Of a stretch of DNA of 44,292 nt, positions 1 to 8,974 are shown piece by piece (within the stretch, counting starts at the first letter, position 1; each line of letters begins with the position of its first letter). The notes under the pieces are model-generated. The model saw only the letters and a program-made list of their open reading frames with translations, was not told the DNA's origin and did no database searches. The position numbers were made by a program, and so were the translations under genes. Source of the stretch: Bacteroidota bacterium (GTDB lineage: Bacteria > Bacteroidota > Bacteroidia > Bacteroidales > DTGW01); NCBI GenBank assembly GCA_020049015.1, contig JAIFLP010000111.1, positions 1 to 44,292 of the forward strand, written 5' to 3'.

Positions 1-61
1 TGAAAATGAAGATTCGCAAATTTCCCCATTTTCTGTATTCACTGAAAATGAAAAAACAAAA

Positions 62-604
62 ATGATAGAATCTTATATTTATGACGATAGCATTGTTTTT
101 AAAATAGAAGAATTAAATACATTAAATGATTTCTACAAGAAACTTGGTGAAAAGCTTGAAGAACATAAAGTATTAGATTTTAATATTCATGAATGGCAAA
201 CACATATTCCATACCCAAATCCAATTGAATTATTTAATAATCACATTCAATTTGATTTAATTAACAAAGGTTGGCAATGCCTGTACGAATATCATGGTAA
301 TGATTCAACAACAACTGAAGACCTACATACTAAACTATTAGCAAAAGAAACAATTGAAAATCAATATCAAATTATTAAAGTAACTGAGCCAAATGGTCAA
401 TGCGAAATTTATTCAACTATGGGTAGTATATCTTATACCTGTGAATCGAGAATACCAATAAGTTGGCTTGACTTTTTTGAACTATTAAGTTCAGGTAAAA
501 GTATTGATGCGTTTTATAGACCAAAGACAGTAACAAAAGCAGAATTAATGAGAATCTTAGAAAGACATGAAGATGTTTATGGCAATGGATATTCTTTTGA
601 GTAA
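62..604 (+). CDS. hypothetical protein, no family recognised; possibly 5'-partial
   Basis: 180-codon ORF in the track. The same frame has no stop from position 2 to 61, so the gene may begin left of the window. No TM segment or signal peptide, and no motif I can assign. Confidence 0.5.
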   Translation: MIESYIYDDSIVFKIEELNTLNDFYKKLGEKLEEHKVLDFNIHEWQTHIPYPNPIELFNNHIQFDLINKGWQCLYEYHGNDSTTTEDLHTKLLAKETIENQYQIIKVTEPNGQCEIYSTMGSISYTCESRIPISWLDFFELLSSGKSIDAFYRPKTVTKAELMRILERHEDVYGNGYSFE

Positions 605-674
605 TTATTTTTTGTATGCTTACATCTAATGTTTTAAAAAATAGCAGCGTTTCATTAATTCAAAACAAACAACC

Positions 675-913
675 ATGAACATCCTACAAATAAAAAGCGG
701 AAAAGTAGAAATACGAAAAGACAATGGCTCGTTGGTTAGAACCATTGGTAACCGTTAATTGCAATTACAACCGTAAAAGGCAAAGTAGAAATTCGCAAAG
801 AAAATGTATCGCTGGTTCGCACCATTGGGAATGGCGATGCTACCAATGCCCGCTGGCATGGAGCTGATATTGCTACAACCACCGAAGCGAAAAATGGATT
901 CAACAACGCATGA
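675..913 (+). pseudogene. remnant of a small repeat-protein gene (GKVEIRKxNxSLVRTIGN units) broken by an internal deletion/frameshift
   Basis: ATG at 675 opens a 27-codon ORF (MNILQIKSGKVEIRKDNGSLVRTIGNR) that stops at 756-758. A second frame (752-913, shifted by -1, with no ATG/GTG/TTG start) encodes IAITTVKGKVEIRKENVSLVRTIGNGDATNARWHGADIATTTEAKNGFNNA. The 36 nt that follow unit 2 (833-868) are replaced by 5 nt (753-757) after unit 1. Confidence 0.4.
699..832 (+). repeat. two 54-nt direct repeat units (699-752 and 779-832), period 80 nt
   Basis: Hand alignment gives 43/54 nt identical and 16/18 encoded residues identical. Seven of the 9 differing codons are synonymous. Confidence 0.85.
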
Positions 914-1033
914 CCAGTGGTATGAAAGATATAGATAAAGGATACTTTAGGATATTTTTTTTTGAGTTTTTATAAGTCTTCTATAGTATAACTCCGAAAT
1001 ACTCAATTTTGCTTAGTATCCCGTTAAAATCAT

Positions 1034-2815
1034 CTATTCTTCAACCAGTTTACACCCTATTATTTTGATTGTTTGCTTTTGTTTATCGCTTAGCTGTGCT
1101 GATTTTTCTACAAATATGCGGTTGTTTTTCCGTATGGCCTGATATGTTTCTTTGTTGTTTTTAAGCTTTACAATAGCATAGGTTTTATAGGTTTCAACAA
1201 ATCTGCAATTTCTGTAACTACTTTGTACTATTAGCAAAAGAAAAATTAAATTAACATAAAAATATTTTTTCTGATGCAATAGCAATCCCAAACTCAATAC
1301 CATTAAGTATATGATTATTAATTCCGGAAAGTCAATATATATTGTGTTGGTTGAAGAGTATTTAAAGGATGAAAAAAAATGATTTATGTATTCCATAAAC
1401 TGAATGCTTAAATTTTGCTTGTTATATTTAGTATATTTGATAGAAGTTCAACTTTTATTAATATTAAAAATAGTATAGAAACAGGCATTATAAGGCTTAC
1501 TAATGGAACTATTATTATATTGGCAACAGGTGATATAAAGGAAAAATTATGGAAATAATACATACTAAGCGGAAATGTTGTGATTTGCGCTGCAAGGCTT
1601 AAACTAAAAAGACTCCATACATTTCTAATTATGAAGAACTTTGATTGATAGCACTCATTTAATATTTTATAAAACACGGCTATTCCAATAACAGCTGAAT
1701 AAGAGAGTTGGAAGCCAATGTCAAAAAATGTTGTGGGATTTACAAATAAAATGAGCAATGCTGAGCAAGAAAGTGAATTTATTATTCCATATTTTCTTGA
1801 AAATACATTTCCTAAAATTAAAAACGAAAACATGGTAGTTGCTCTTGTAACAGAAGGTGAAAGACCTGTAAAAATAGCAAAGGAAAATAATACTAAAATA
1901 ATGATAATGTTTAATAGCAGGTAAATACTTTTGTTTTTTTTAAAAGGATTTATAAAAAAGCCAAGGACGAGATATATAATACCTACATGGAGCCCTGATA
2001 CCGACAAAATATGAGCTGTACCTGTTTTCACGAAACTCTCTTTTAGACTATCTTCCATTGTGCTCTGTATTCCCATTGTAATGGCACTTATTATAGATAT
2101 TTGTTGAGTCGACTTGCCATTTTTTTCCAATAATTCCATAATTTTGTGTCTGGCATGATTCAGTTTATCAAATATGCTAAGTGATTTGTATTTTAGGATC
2201 ACAAAACTGTCTATTCTTAATTGTTGAATAATACCTTTGTTGAATAGATATTTTTTATAATCAAAGGCCAATGGATCTTCGCTATGGATCTTCGCTATTT
2301 TTTATTTCTGTTGCTTTAGCATGGATAAGTAAATAATCATTGGTTTGAATTTTATGTTCAGATTTTCTTATATAGCTAATGCATTTAGCGTTTAATGGTT
2401 TGATGTTATCATTTTCTATCCTGTTGAGTATAGTGCCCGTTAATTGCCCCGTTTTTTTATTTACTTCAGCTATTTTGAATAGGTAATAATGATAGCTTTG
2501 TGGTAATGCTGATTTTTTTACTTTTTGCAATTGTAAATAGCAAGTTGTTGCTCCCAGCATTATAAAAAGCATTTGGATAATCAATAGTTTAAACTTTGAT
2601 TTATAGTATTGTGCTGAGAAAAAATGTATAATTACTAGAAGTAAAACAAATACACTTAAGGCAACAATACTCGTTTTAAAGTAATGAGGAAAGTAATATG
2701 AACATAGCAAGCCAGCAATAAAAGCAATTACCAAACGAAGGAATGGATGGTATCTGAAAATGCTAAAAAAACTATTATTTGTTGTATGCACGGGTTTTTT
2801 GCTTTCACCCGCCAA
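1034..2815 (-). pseudogene. comEC: DNA internalization competence protein ComEC/Rec2, split into three ORFs (2282-2815, 1408-2271, 1034-1396)
   Basis: The N-terminal ORF has a multi-TM DUF4131-like layout. The middle ORF carries the competence-domain core (GTAHILSVSGLHVG, many TM helices). The third ORF is a TM-rich C-terminal piece. The three are collinear, on the same strand and separated only by frame breaks. Confidence 0.7.
2271..2296. repeat. perfect 13-bp tandem duplication (atggatcttcgct x2) inside comEC
   Basis: Read directly from the sequence: 2271-2283 equals 2284-2296. Confidence 0.95.
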
Positions 2816-2845
2816 AATAGAATTATTTAATTAAAAAGATAAATT

Positions 2846-3400
2846 TTATTTCACAATTTTAATTTTATAAGCAACATCTACTTTTCCTATAGAAATGGCA
2901 TCCAATTTCTTTTTTAACAATCTTCTTCTGAGGGGCGAAAGTCTGTCAATAAACATCTTTCCTTCTAAATGATCGTATTCATGTTGTATAATCCTGGCTA
3001 GTATACCAGAGTATTCTTCTGTTTTGATTTGGAAATTTTCATCGCAATATTTAATTTTAATTGAATCGTTGCGTTTTACATCTTCCCTTAGGCTGGGCAA
3101 ACTCAAACACCCTTCATTAAATAATTTTTCTTCACCAAAAGTTTCTTCAATTTCTGGATTGATAAAAGCTTTTCTAAATCCATCTGTTTCTGGATAGTCT
3201 TCTGAAAACGAGCCCGCATCTATTACAAATAACCTTACTGAAACGCCTATTTGAGGGGCAGCCAATCCTACACCATCACATTTGTCCATGGTTTCCCACA
3301 TATCAGTTAATAATTTATCCAAAGCAGGATAATCAGGATTTATCTCTTCCGCTTTTTTTCTTAATACGGGTTGACCATAAACGAATATTGGTAGTATCAT
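2846..3400 (-). CDS. def: peptide deformylase
   Basis: All three PDF motifs are present: GVGLAAPQIG, EGCLSLP and HEYDHLEG. Confidence 0.95.
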   Translation of the reverse strand: MILPIFVYGQPVLRKKAEEINPDYPALDKLLTDMWETMDKCDGVGLAAPQIGVSVRLFVIDAGSFSEDYPETDGFRKAFINPEIEETFGEEKLFNEGCLSLPSLREDVKRNDSIKIKYCDENFQIKTEEYSGILARIIQHEYDHLEGKMFIDRLSPLRRRLLKKKLDAISIGKVDVAYKIKIVK

Positions 3401-3411
3401 TGTAACGAAAT

Positions 3412-3825
3412 TTAACTTTTTCTGTTCATATAATCTTGTAAGATAATAGTGGCGCTTACCATGTCCACAGTACCTTTGTCTCTTCTGTCCATTTTTTTTA
3501 ATCCCCCATCTATCATTGCCTGATGCGCCATGATGGATGTAAATCTTTCATCTACTTCTTCAATGGGTATTGAGGGGAATTTTTTCTTGAATAAATTTAT
3601 AAATGGGATTATTTGTTGCGAGGTTTGAGAAAGCTCATTATTCATTTTTTTGGGCATTCCGATAATTACTTTTTCAACTGATTCGCGTAAAAAATAAGTG
3701 CTTAAAAAATCCATTAATTCATTTGCAGCAATAGTAGGTAAACCATTAGCAATAATTTTGAGCGGGTCGCTTACCGCAATACCCACTCTTTTTAAACCAT
3801 AATCTATAGCCAATATCCGTCCCAA
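3412..3825 (-). CDS. ruvX: Holliday junction resolvase-like nuclease RuvX/YqgF
   Basis: N-terminus ILAIDYGLKRVGIAVSD and a length of about 137 aa. The only in-frame start is TTG, 2 nt after the acnA stop. Confidence 0.85.
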   Translation of the reverse strand: MGRILAIDYGLKRVGIAVSDPLKIIANGLPTIAANELMDFLSTYFLRESVEKVIIGMPKKMNNELSQTSQQIIPFINLFKKKFPSIPIEEVDERFTSIMAHQAMIDGGLKKMDRRDKGTVDMVSATIILQDYMNRKS

Positions 3826-3827
3826 AT

Positions 3828-6104
3828 TTAAGCTTTTTGTTGTAGTTTTATTAAATTCAGTGCCGACCCTGCTTTAAACCAGGCAATTTGATTTTCGTTA
3901 TATGTATGTTTCAATATAATTGTTTCTCTTGTTCCATCTTTGTGTTGAATAAGCAATTGAAGTGGCACGTTTACAGTAAATTCAGTAAGTCCATTAAGAG
4001 TAAATGTATCATCTTCTTTAATTTTATCATAATCGTTTTTGTCTGCAAAGGTTAATGCCAACATGCCTTGTTTTTTTAAGTTCGTTTCATGAATTCTTGC
4101 AAACGATCTTACAATTACAGCTTTTACCCCCAGGTGTCGAGGTTCCATTGCAGCATGCTCTCTCGAAGAACCTTCTCCGTAATTTTCATCACCAATGATA
4201 ATGGTTCCAATTCCGTTTTTCTTGTATAACCTAGCAGAATCAGGAACGGGCATGTATTTCTCTTCAATAATATTTTTTACCTCGTTGGTTTTTTCATTAA
4301 AAATATTAAGAGCACCTATCATCAGATTGTTAGATATATTGTCTATATGCCCACGGTATTTAAGCCAAGGACCAGCCATCGAAATATGATCGGTAGTGCA
4401 TTTTCCTTTTACCTTTATTAATAAATGTAAATTCGAAAAATTATTTCCATCCCAAATATCAAATGGGGCTAGCAATTGAAGTCTGTCTGATTTTTCATTA
4501 ACAATAATATCAATTTTACTTCCAACTTTTGCTGGTTCTTGATATCCCGCATCCTTTACATCAAAACCTTTTTCAGGTAGTTCCATTCCTTGAGGTATTT
4601 CTAACTTTACCTGTTCTCCTTTTTCATTGGTTAGAGTATCGGTAATGGGATTAAATGCAAGATCGCCCGAAATTACAAATGCGGTAACCATTTCGGGAGA
4701 TGCTACAAATGCATATGTATTGGGATTTCCATCATTTCGTTTTGCGAAATTTCTATTGAACGATGTGATAATGCTATTTTTCTCCTGTTTATCTGCATTA
4801 TGTCTTGCCCATTGACCAATACAAGGTCCACAAGCATTCGCCATTACTACACCTCCAATAGCATCAAAAACCTGTAACATGCCATCTCTTTCTATAGTAT
4901 ACCTTACTTTTTCAGATCCAGGTGTAATAATAAATTCGGCTTTGGATTTTAGATTTTTCTCAACGGCCATTTTCGCAACCGAAGCCGCACGTGAAATATC
5001 TTCGTATGATGAATTGGTACATGAGCCTATGAGACCAACTTCCAGCTTTTGAGGATAATTATTATCTTTTATAGCTTGAGCAAATTTTGAAATAGGCCAT
5101 GCCTTATCTGGAGTAAAGGGACCATTTACATGAGGCTCTAATTCCGAAAGATTGATTTCAATTACCTGATCAAAATATTTTTCGGGCTGCTCAGTAACTT
5201 CTTTATCAGCTCGCAATTCATTATACAGCTCATTGGCTAAATCAGCAATTTCTTTTCTTCCGGTGGCTTTCAGGTAATCAGCCATTTTGTTGTCATAAGG
5301 AAAAACAGAAGTGGTTGCTCCAATTTCAGCACCCATATTACAAATAGTGCCTTTGCCAGTACAACTCAGGCTGTCGGCTCCATCGCCAAAGTATTCTACA
5401 ATATAACCTGTACCGCCTTTAACGGTTAATATTCCTGCAAGTTTCAGAATTACATCTTTGGCAGAAGCCCATCCATTCAATTTCCCCGTTAGCTTAACTC
5501 CAATAAGTTTAGGAAATTTTAATTCCCACGACATGCCGGCCATAACATCTACCGCATCAGCTCCTCCCACGCCTATGGCAATCATTCCCAATCCTCCTGC
5601 ATTAACAGTATGGGAGTCGGTACCTATCATCATTCCACCAGGAAATGCATAATTTTCTAATATTACCTGATGAATAATTCCTGCTCCTGGCTTCCAAAAT
5701 CCAATTCCATACTTACTCGAAATAGAGGATAGAAAGTCAAATACTTCCTGATTAAGTTCCTTTGATTTTGATAAATCCTTATCAGCGCCTTCTTTCGCAA
5801 GAATAAGATGATCGCAATGAACAGTAGTAGGAACCGCTGTAATTGCTTTACCTGCATGCATAAATTGAAGCAGTGCCATTTGTGCAGTGGCATCTTGCAT
5901 GGCTACACGATCTGGATTAAAATTAACATAATCAAGCCCTCGGGTGAATACCTGCTTCTCATTATCGCTAGACAGATGGGCGTATAGTATCTTTTCTGTT
6001 AAGGTTAGGGGTTTGTTAATTCTAAACTTAGACTGTTTTATCTTTTGTGAATAGCTGCTATAAAAGGCTTTCACCATAGCAAAATCAAAAATTTCTTGGC
6101 TCAT
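3828..6104 (-). CDS. acnA: aconitate hydratase (about 755-aa mitochondrial-type)
   Basis: Aconitase signatures DSHT, GSCTNSS and [11 protein letters not shown] (Fe-S cysteine ligands). Length 758 aa. Confidence 0.93.
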   Translation of the reverse strand: MSQEIFDFAMVKAFYSSYSQKIKQSKFRINKPLTLTEKILYAHLSSDNEKQVFTRGLDYVNFNPDRVAMQDATAQMALLQFMHAGKAITAVPTTVHCDHLILAKEGADKDLSKSKELNQEVFDFLSSISSKYGIGFWKPGAGIIHQVILENYAFPGGMMIGTDSHTVNAGGLGMIAIGVGGADAVDVMAGMSWELKFPKLIGVKLTGKLNGWASAKDVILKLAGILTVKGGTGYIVEYFGDGADSLSCTGKGTICNMGAEIGATTSVFPYDNKMADYLKATGRKEIADLANELYNELRADKEVTEQPEKYFDQVIEINLSELEPHVNGPFTPDKAWPISKFAQAIKDNNYPQKLEVGLIGSCTNSSYEDISRAASVAKMAVEKNLKSKAEFIITPGSEKVRYTIERDGMLQVFDAIGGVVMANACGPCIGQWARHNADKQEKNSIITSFNRNFAKRNDGNPNTYAFVASPEMVTAFVISGDLAFNPITDTLTNEKGEQVKLEIPQGMELPEKGFDVKDAGYQEPAKVGSKIDIIVNEKSDRLQLLAPFDIWDGNNFSNLHLLIKVKGKCTTDHISMAGPWLKYRGHIDNISNNLMIGALNIFNEKTNEVKNIIEEKYMPVPDSARLYKKNGIGTIIIGDENYGEGSSREHAAMEPRHLGVKAVIVRSFARIHETNLKKQGMLALTFADKNDYDKIKEDDTFTLNGLTEFTVNVPLQLLIQHKDGTRETIILKHTYNENQIAWFKAGSALNLIKLQQKA

Positions 6105-6198
6105 ACTTGTATCAATTTTTCAGTGCAAAGTAAATAAATATGTTTGAATCTTGTATTCATTTCGAGAAACAAATTATCTTTAACAAGGTTCAAAGATA

Positions 6199-8217
6199 TT
6201 ATTTTTCTTTCCATAATTTTTCCAGTTGAAACATTTCATCTCTGTAGCGGGCTGCTTCTATAAAATCGAGTTTTCCAGATGCCTCTTCCATCGATTTTTT
6301 TGCTTTATCAATTAGCTTTTTCAACGCAGCTTTGTCCATATATTTAATTAACGGATCGGCAGCTACATCAATTTTATCTTTCTCAATATAGTAGTTTTTT
6401 TCTTCACCCGAAGCGCTAGAGCCCGCTAATACTGATTTTCCGCGCGATCCTATTTGAGTTGGGGTTATATTGTGTTCTATGTTATAACGCATCTGAATTT
6501 CACGTTTTCGCATGGTTTCATCAATTGTTCTTTGCATCGAGTCGGTTATCTTATCTGCATACATAATAACCAAACCATTTACGTTTCTGGCAGCCCTACC
6601 CGATGTTTGAACTAAAGCCCTTTCCGATCGGAGAAAGCCTTCTTTATCAGCATCTAAAATGGCCACTAATGATACTTGGGGCAAATCAATTCCTTCTCTC
6701 AGCAAATTTACCCCAATTAAAACGTCAATTCTCCCGCTGCGCAAATTATCCAGAATGTCAATCCTTTCCAAAGTATCCACGTCGGAATGAATGTACTGGC
6801 ATCTGATGCTCGCTTTGGAAAGATACAGCGTAAGCTCTTCTGCCATCCTTTTGGTTAATGTAGTTACCAATACCCTTTCGTCTTTTTGCGTCCTTAAATT
6901 TATTTCGTTCATCAAATCATCAATTTGATTTAGCGATGGCCTTATTTCGATTAATGGATCTAGAACGCCTGTGGGTCTTATTAATTGTTCTACAATAACG
7001 CCACCCGATTTTTCAAGTTCAAAATCAGAAGGAGTAGCACTTACGAAAATGGTTTGTCCGGTTATTTCCATAAATTCTTCAAATTTTAGCGGACGGTTAT
7101 CAATTGCCGCCGACAATCGAAATCCAAATTCCACTAAATTCTTTTTTCTTGAAAAGTCGCCACCATACATCGCTCTTATTTGCGGAAGAGTAACATGACT
7201 TTCATCAATAACTAGCATAAAATCTTTTGGAAAATAATCAATCAAACAAAAGGGGCGCGAACCTGGATTTCTTCCATCAAAATATCTTGAATAATTTTCA
7301 ATTCCAGTGCAATGGCCTAATTCTCTTAACATTTCAAGGTCAAAACTGACCCTTTCCTGGAGTCTCTTTGCTTCAAACATTTTGCCCAGATTCTTAAAAG
7401 TATCTACTTGTTCAAATAAATCTTTTTCAATCATGCGCAAAGCATCATTAACCCTTTCTTTACCAGTAACAAAAATATTGGCGGGAAAAATAACAGCTTC
7501 CTCAAATTTGGCAATAGTTTTTCCGTTAATTGGATTAAATGACGATAAACCTTCAATTTCTTCACCCCAAAACTCAACCCTGTATGCAATTTCGTCATAG
7601 GCTAAATGAATATCTACAATATCTCCTTTAACCCTGAAAGTGCCTCTTTTAAACTCCACTTCATTTCTGGAATAAAGGCTGTCAACCAATCTTCGGAGAA
7701 ATACATTGCGGGGTATTTTCATTTTTAAATTTAATGAAATAGTATTTCCATGAAAATCATCAGGGTTTCCAATACCATAAATACAGGATACCGATGAAAC
7801 AATGATAACATCTTTTCTTCCTGATAATAAAGCTGATGTTGCGCTTAGCCTCAATCTTTCAATTTCATCGTTTATTGATAAATCTTTTTCAATGTATGTG
7901 TTAGTAACGGGAATATATGCTTCAGGTTGGTAATAATCATAGTAAGATACAAAGTATTCAACCCTGTTATTGGGGAAGAAGAATTTAAACTCGTTATATA
8001 ATTGGGCCGCTAATGTTTTATTATGACTTAAAACTAATGTGGGGCGCTGCACCTGCTCTATTACATTGGCAATGGTAAATGTTTTTCCCGATCCAGTTAC
8101 ACCTAACAAAGTTTGGTATCTGGTTCCCTGATCTACTCCATACGAAAGAGCTTTTATTGCCGCAGGCTGATCGCCCGTAGGCTGAAACTGCGATTCTATT
8201 ATAAACCTACTTTCCAT
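6199..8217 (-). CDS. uvrB: excinuclease ABC subunit B
   Basis: Walker A GVTGSGKT, helicase motifs and a C-terminal UVR motif (AARYRDEMFQLE). Length 672 aa. Confidence 0.97.
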   Translation of the reverse strand: MESRFIIESQFQPTGDQPAAIKALSYGVDQGTRYQTLLGVTGSGKTFTIANVIEQVQRPTLVLSHNKTLAAQLYNEFKFFFPNNRVEYFVSYYDYYQPEAYIPVTNTYIEKDLSINDEIERLRLSATSALLSGRKDVIIVSSVSCIYGIGNPDDFHGNTISLNLKMKIPRNVFLRRLVDSLYSRNEVEFKRGTFRVKGDIVDIHLAYDEIAYRVEFWGEEIEGLSSFNPINGKTIAKFEEAVIFPANIFVTGKERVNDALRMIEKDLFEQVDTFKNLGKMFEAKRLQERVSFDLEMLRELGHCTGIENYSRYFDGRNPGSRPFCLIDYFPKDFMLVIDESHVTLPQIRAMYGGDFSRKKNLVEFGFRLSAAIDNRPLKFEEFMEITGQTIFVSATPSDFELEKSGGVIVEQLIRPTGVLDPLIEIRPSLNQIDDLMNEINLRTQKDERVLVTTLTKRMAEELTLYLSKASIRCQYIHSDVDTLERIDILDNLRSGRIDVLIGVNLLREGIDLPQVSLVAILDADKEGFLRSERALVQTSGRAARNVNGLVIMYADKITDSMQRTIDETMRKREIQMRYNIEHNITPTQIGSRGKSVLAGSSASGEEKNYYIEKDKIDVAADPLIKYMDKAALKKLIDKAKKSMEEASGKLDFIEAARYRDEMFQLEKLWKEK

Positions 8218-8239
8218 TTTTTTTTATTCGTTTGATGGA

Positions 8240-8974
8240 TTATTCAACAAGAAGTGACGCTGCATCCTTATCTAAAATCCAAAGCATGGTTCCATTAACC
8301 GGATTTATATGATATGCGGGATAGTTTTTAGCTTTCTCAGAGTGATTGAAAATTTCATTTACTTTTACTGCTTTATTCTTCCCAGTAACTAAAAATAGTA
8401 TCTCTTTAGCATGATTGATTAAAAGAGGCGTAAAACTTAACCTCATCTGATTTGAAACAGGATGTAAGGCTTCTTTTATTAACACATCCTCATTGAACAT
8501 TTGCATATTATTCGGAAAAATTGAGGCTGTATGACCGTCATCGCCCATTCCAAGTATTATCAGATCAAAAGAGGGGATTTTGCCTGAGGGGGACACATTA
8601 TTTGTTATGATATCCGCATACCTTATCTTCTCTTGCATTGGATTGTTATTTCCAATAATTGGAAAAATATTTTGGGTAGGGATATTAATGTTGTCTAATA
8701 GAATTGATTTGCAAACGCCATAATTACTATCAGAACTATCAGCAGCAACGCATCGTTCATCGCCCCAATAAAAAAAAATATTGTTCCAGTTAATACTGTC
8801 TCGATAATTATTTGACAATAATTTAAAGAGTAAGATAGGCGTAGATCCTCCTGATAAGGCTATATGATAAGGCTTTTCAGATGCAATACGAATTTTTTCG
8901 GCAAGAAATTCTACTGTTTCATCTGCACGATCAAAAATTTTAGAAGAAGAATTATAATTCACAATATTGGCCAT
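8240..8974 (-). CDS. pgl: 6-phosphogluconolactonase
   Basis: ALSGGSTP motif and DevB/NagB-like fold signature. I place the start at the internal ATG (MANIVNYNSS..., 8972-8974), which overlaps the zwf 3' end by 23 nt. The track ORF extends to 9022. Confidence 0.85.
   Translation of the reverse strand: MANIVNYNSSSKIFDRADETVEFLAEKIRIASEKPYHIALSGGSTPILLFKLLSNNYRDSINWNNIFFYWGDERCVAADSSDSNYGVCKSILLDNINIPTQNIFPIIGNNNPMQEKIRYADIITNNVSPSGKIPSFDLIILGMGDDGHTASIFPNNMQMFNEDVLIKEALHPVSNQMRLSFTPLLINHAKEILFLVTGKNKAVKVNEIFNHSEKAKNYPAYHINPVNGTMLWILDKDAASLLVE

Noticed and set aside
753-760. Programmed -1 ribosomal frameshift joining the two repeat ORFs
   Set aside because: There is no X XXY YYZ slippery heptamer at the junction (ggtaaccgttaattg). 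The unit-to-unit comparison indicates a roughly 31-nt deletion instead.
4195-7600. Short ORFs antisense to or out of frame within acnA and uvrB (e.g. 4195-4389, 4627-4815, 5458-5652, 5663-5893, 6603-6806, 6971-7198, 7307-7600)
   Set aside because: Each lies entirely inside a long CDS with unmistakable family motifs. They are 60-100 codons of low-complexity translation, typical shadow ORFs.
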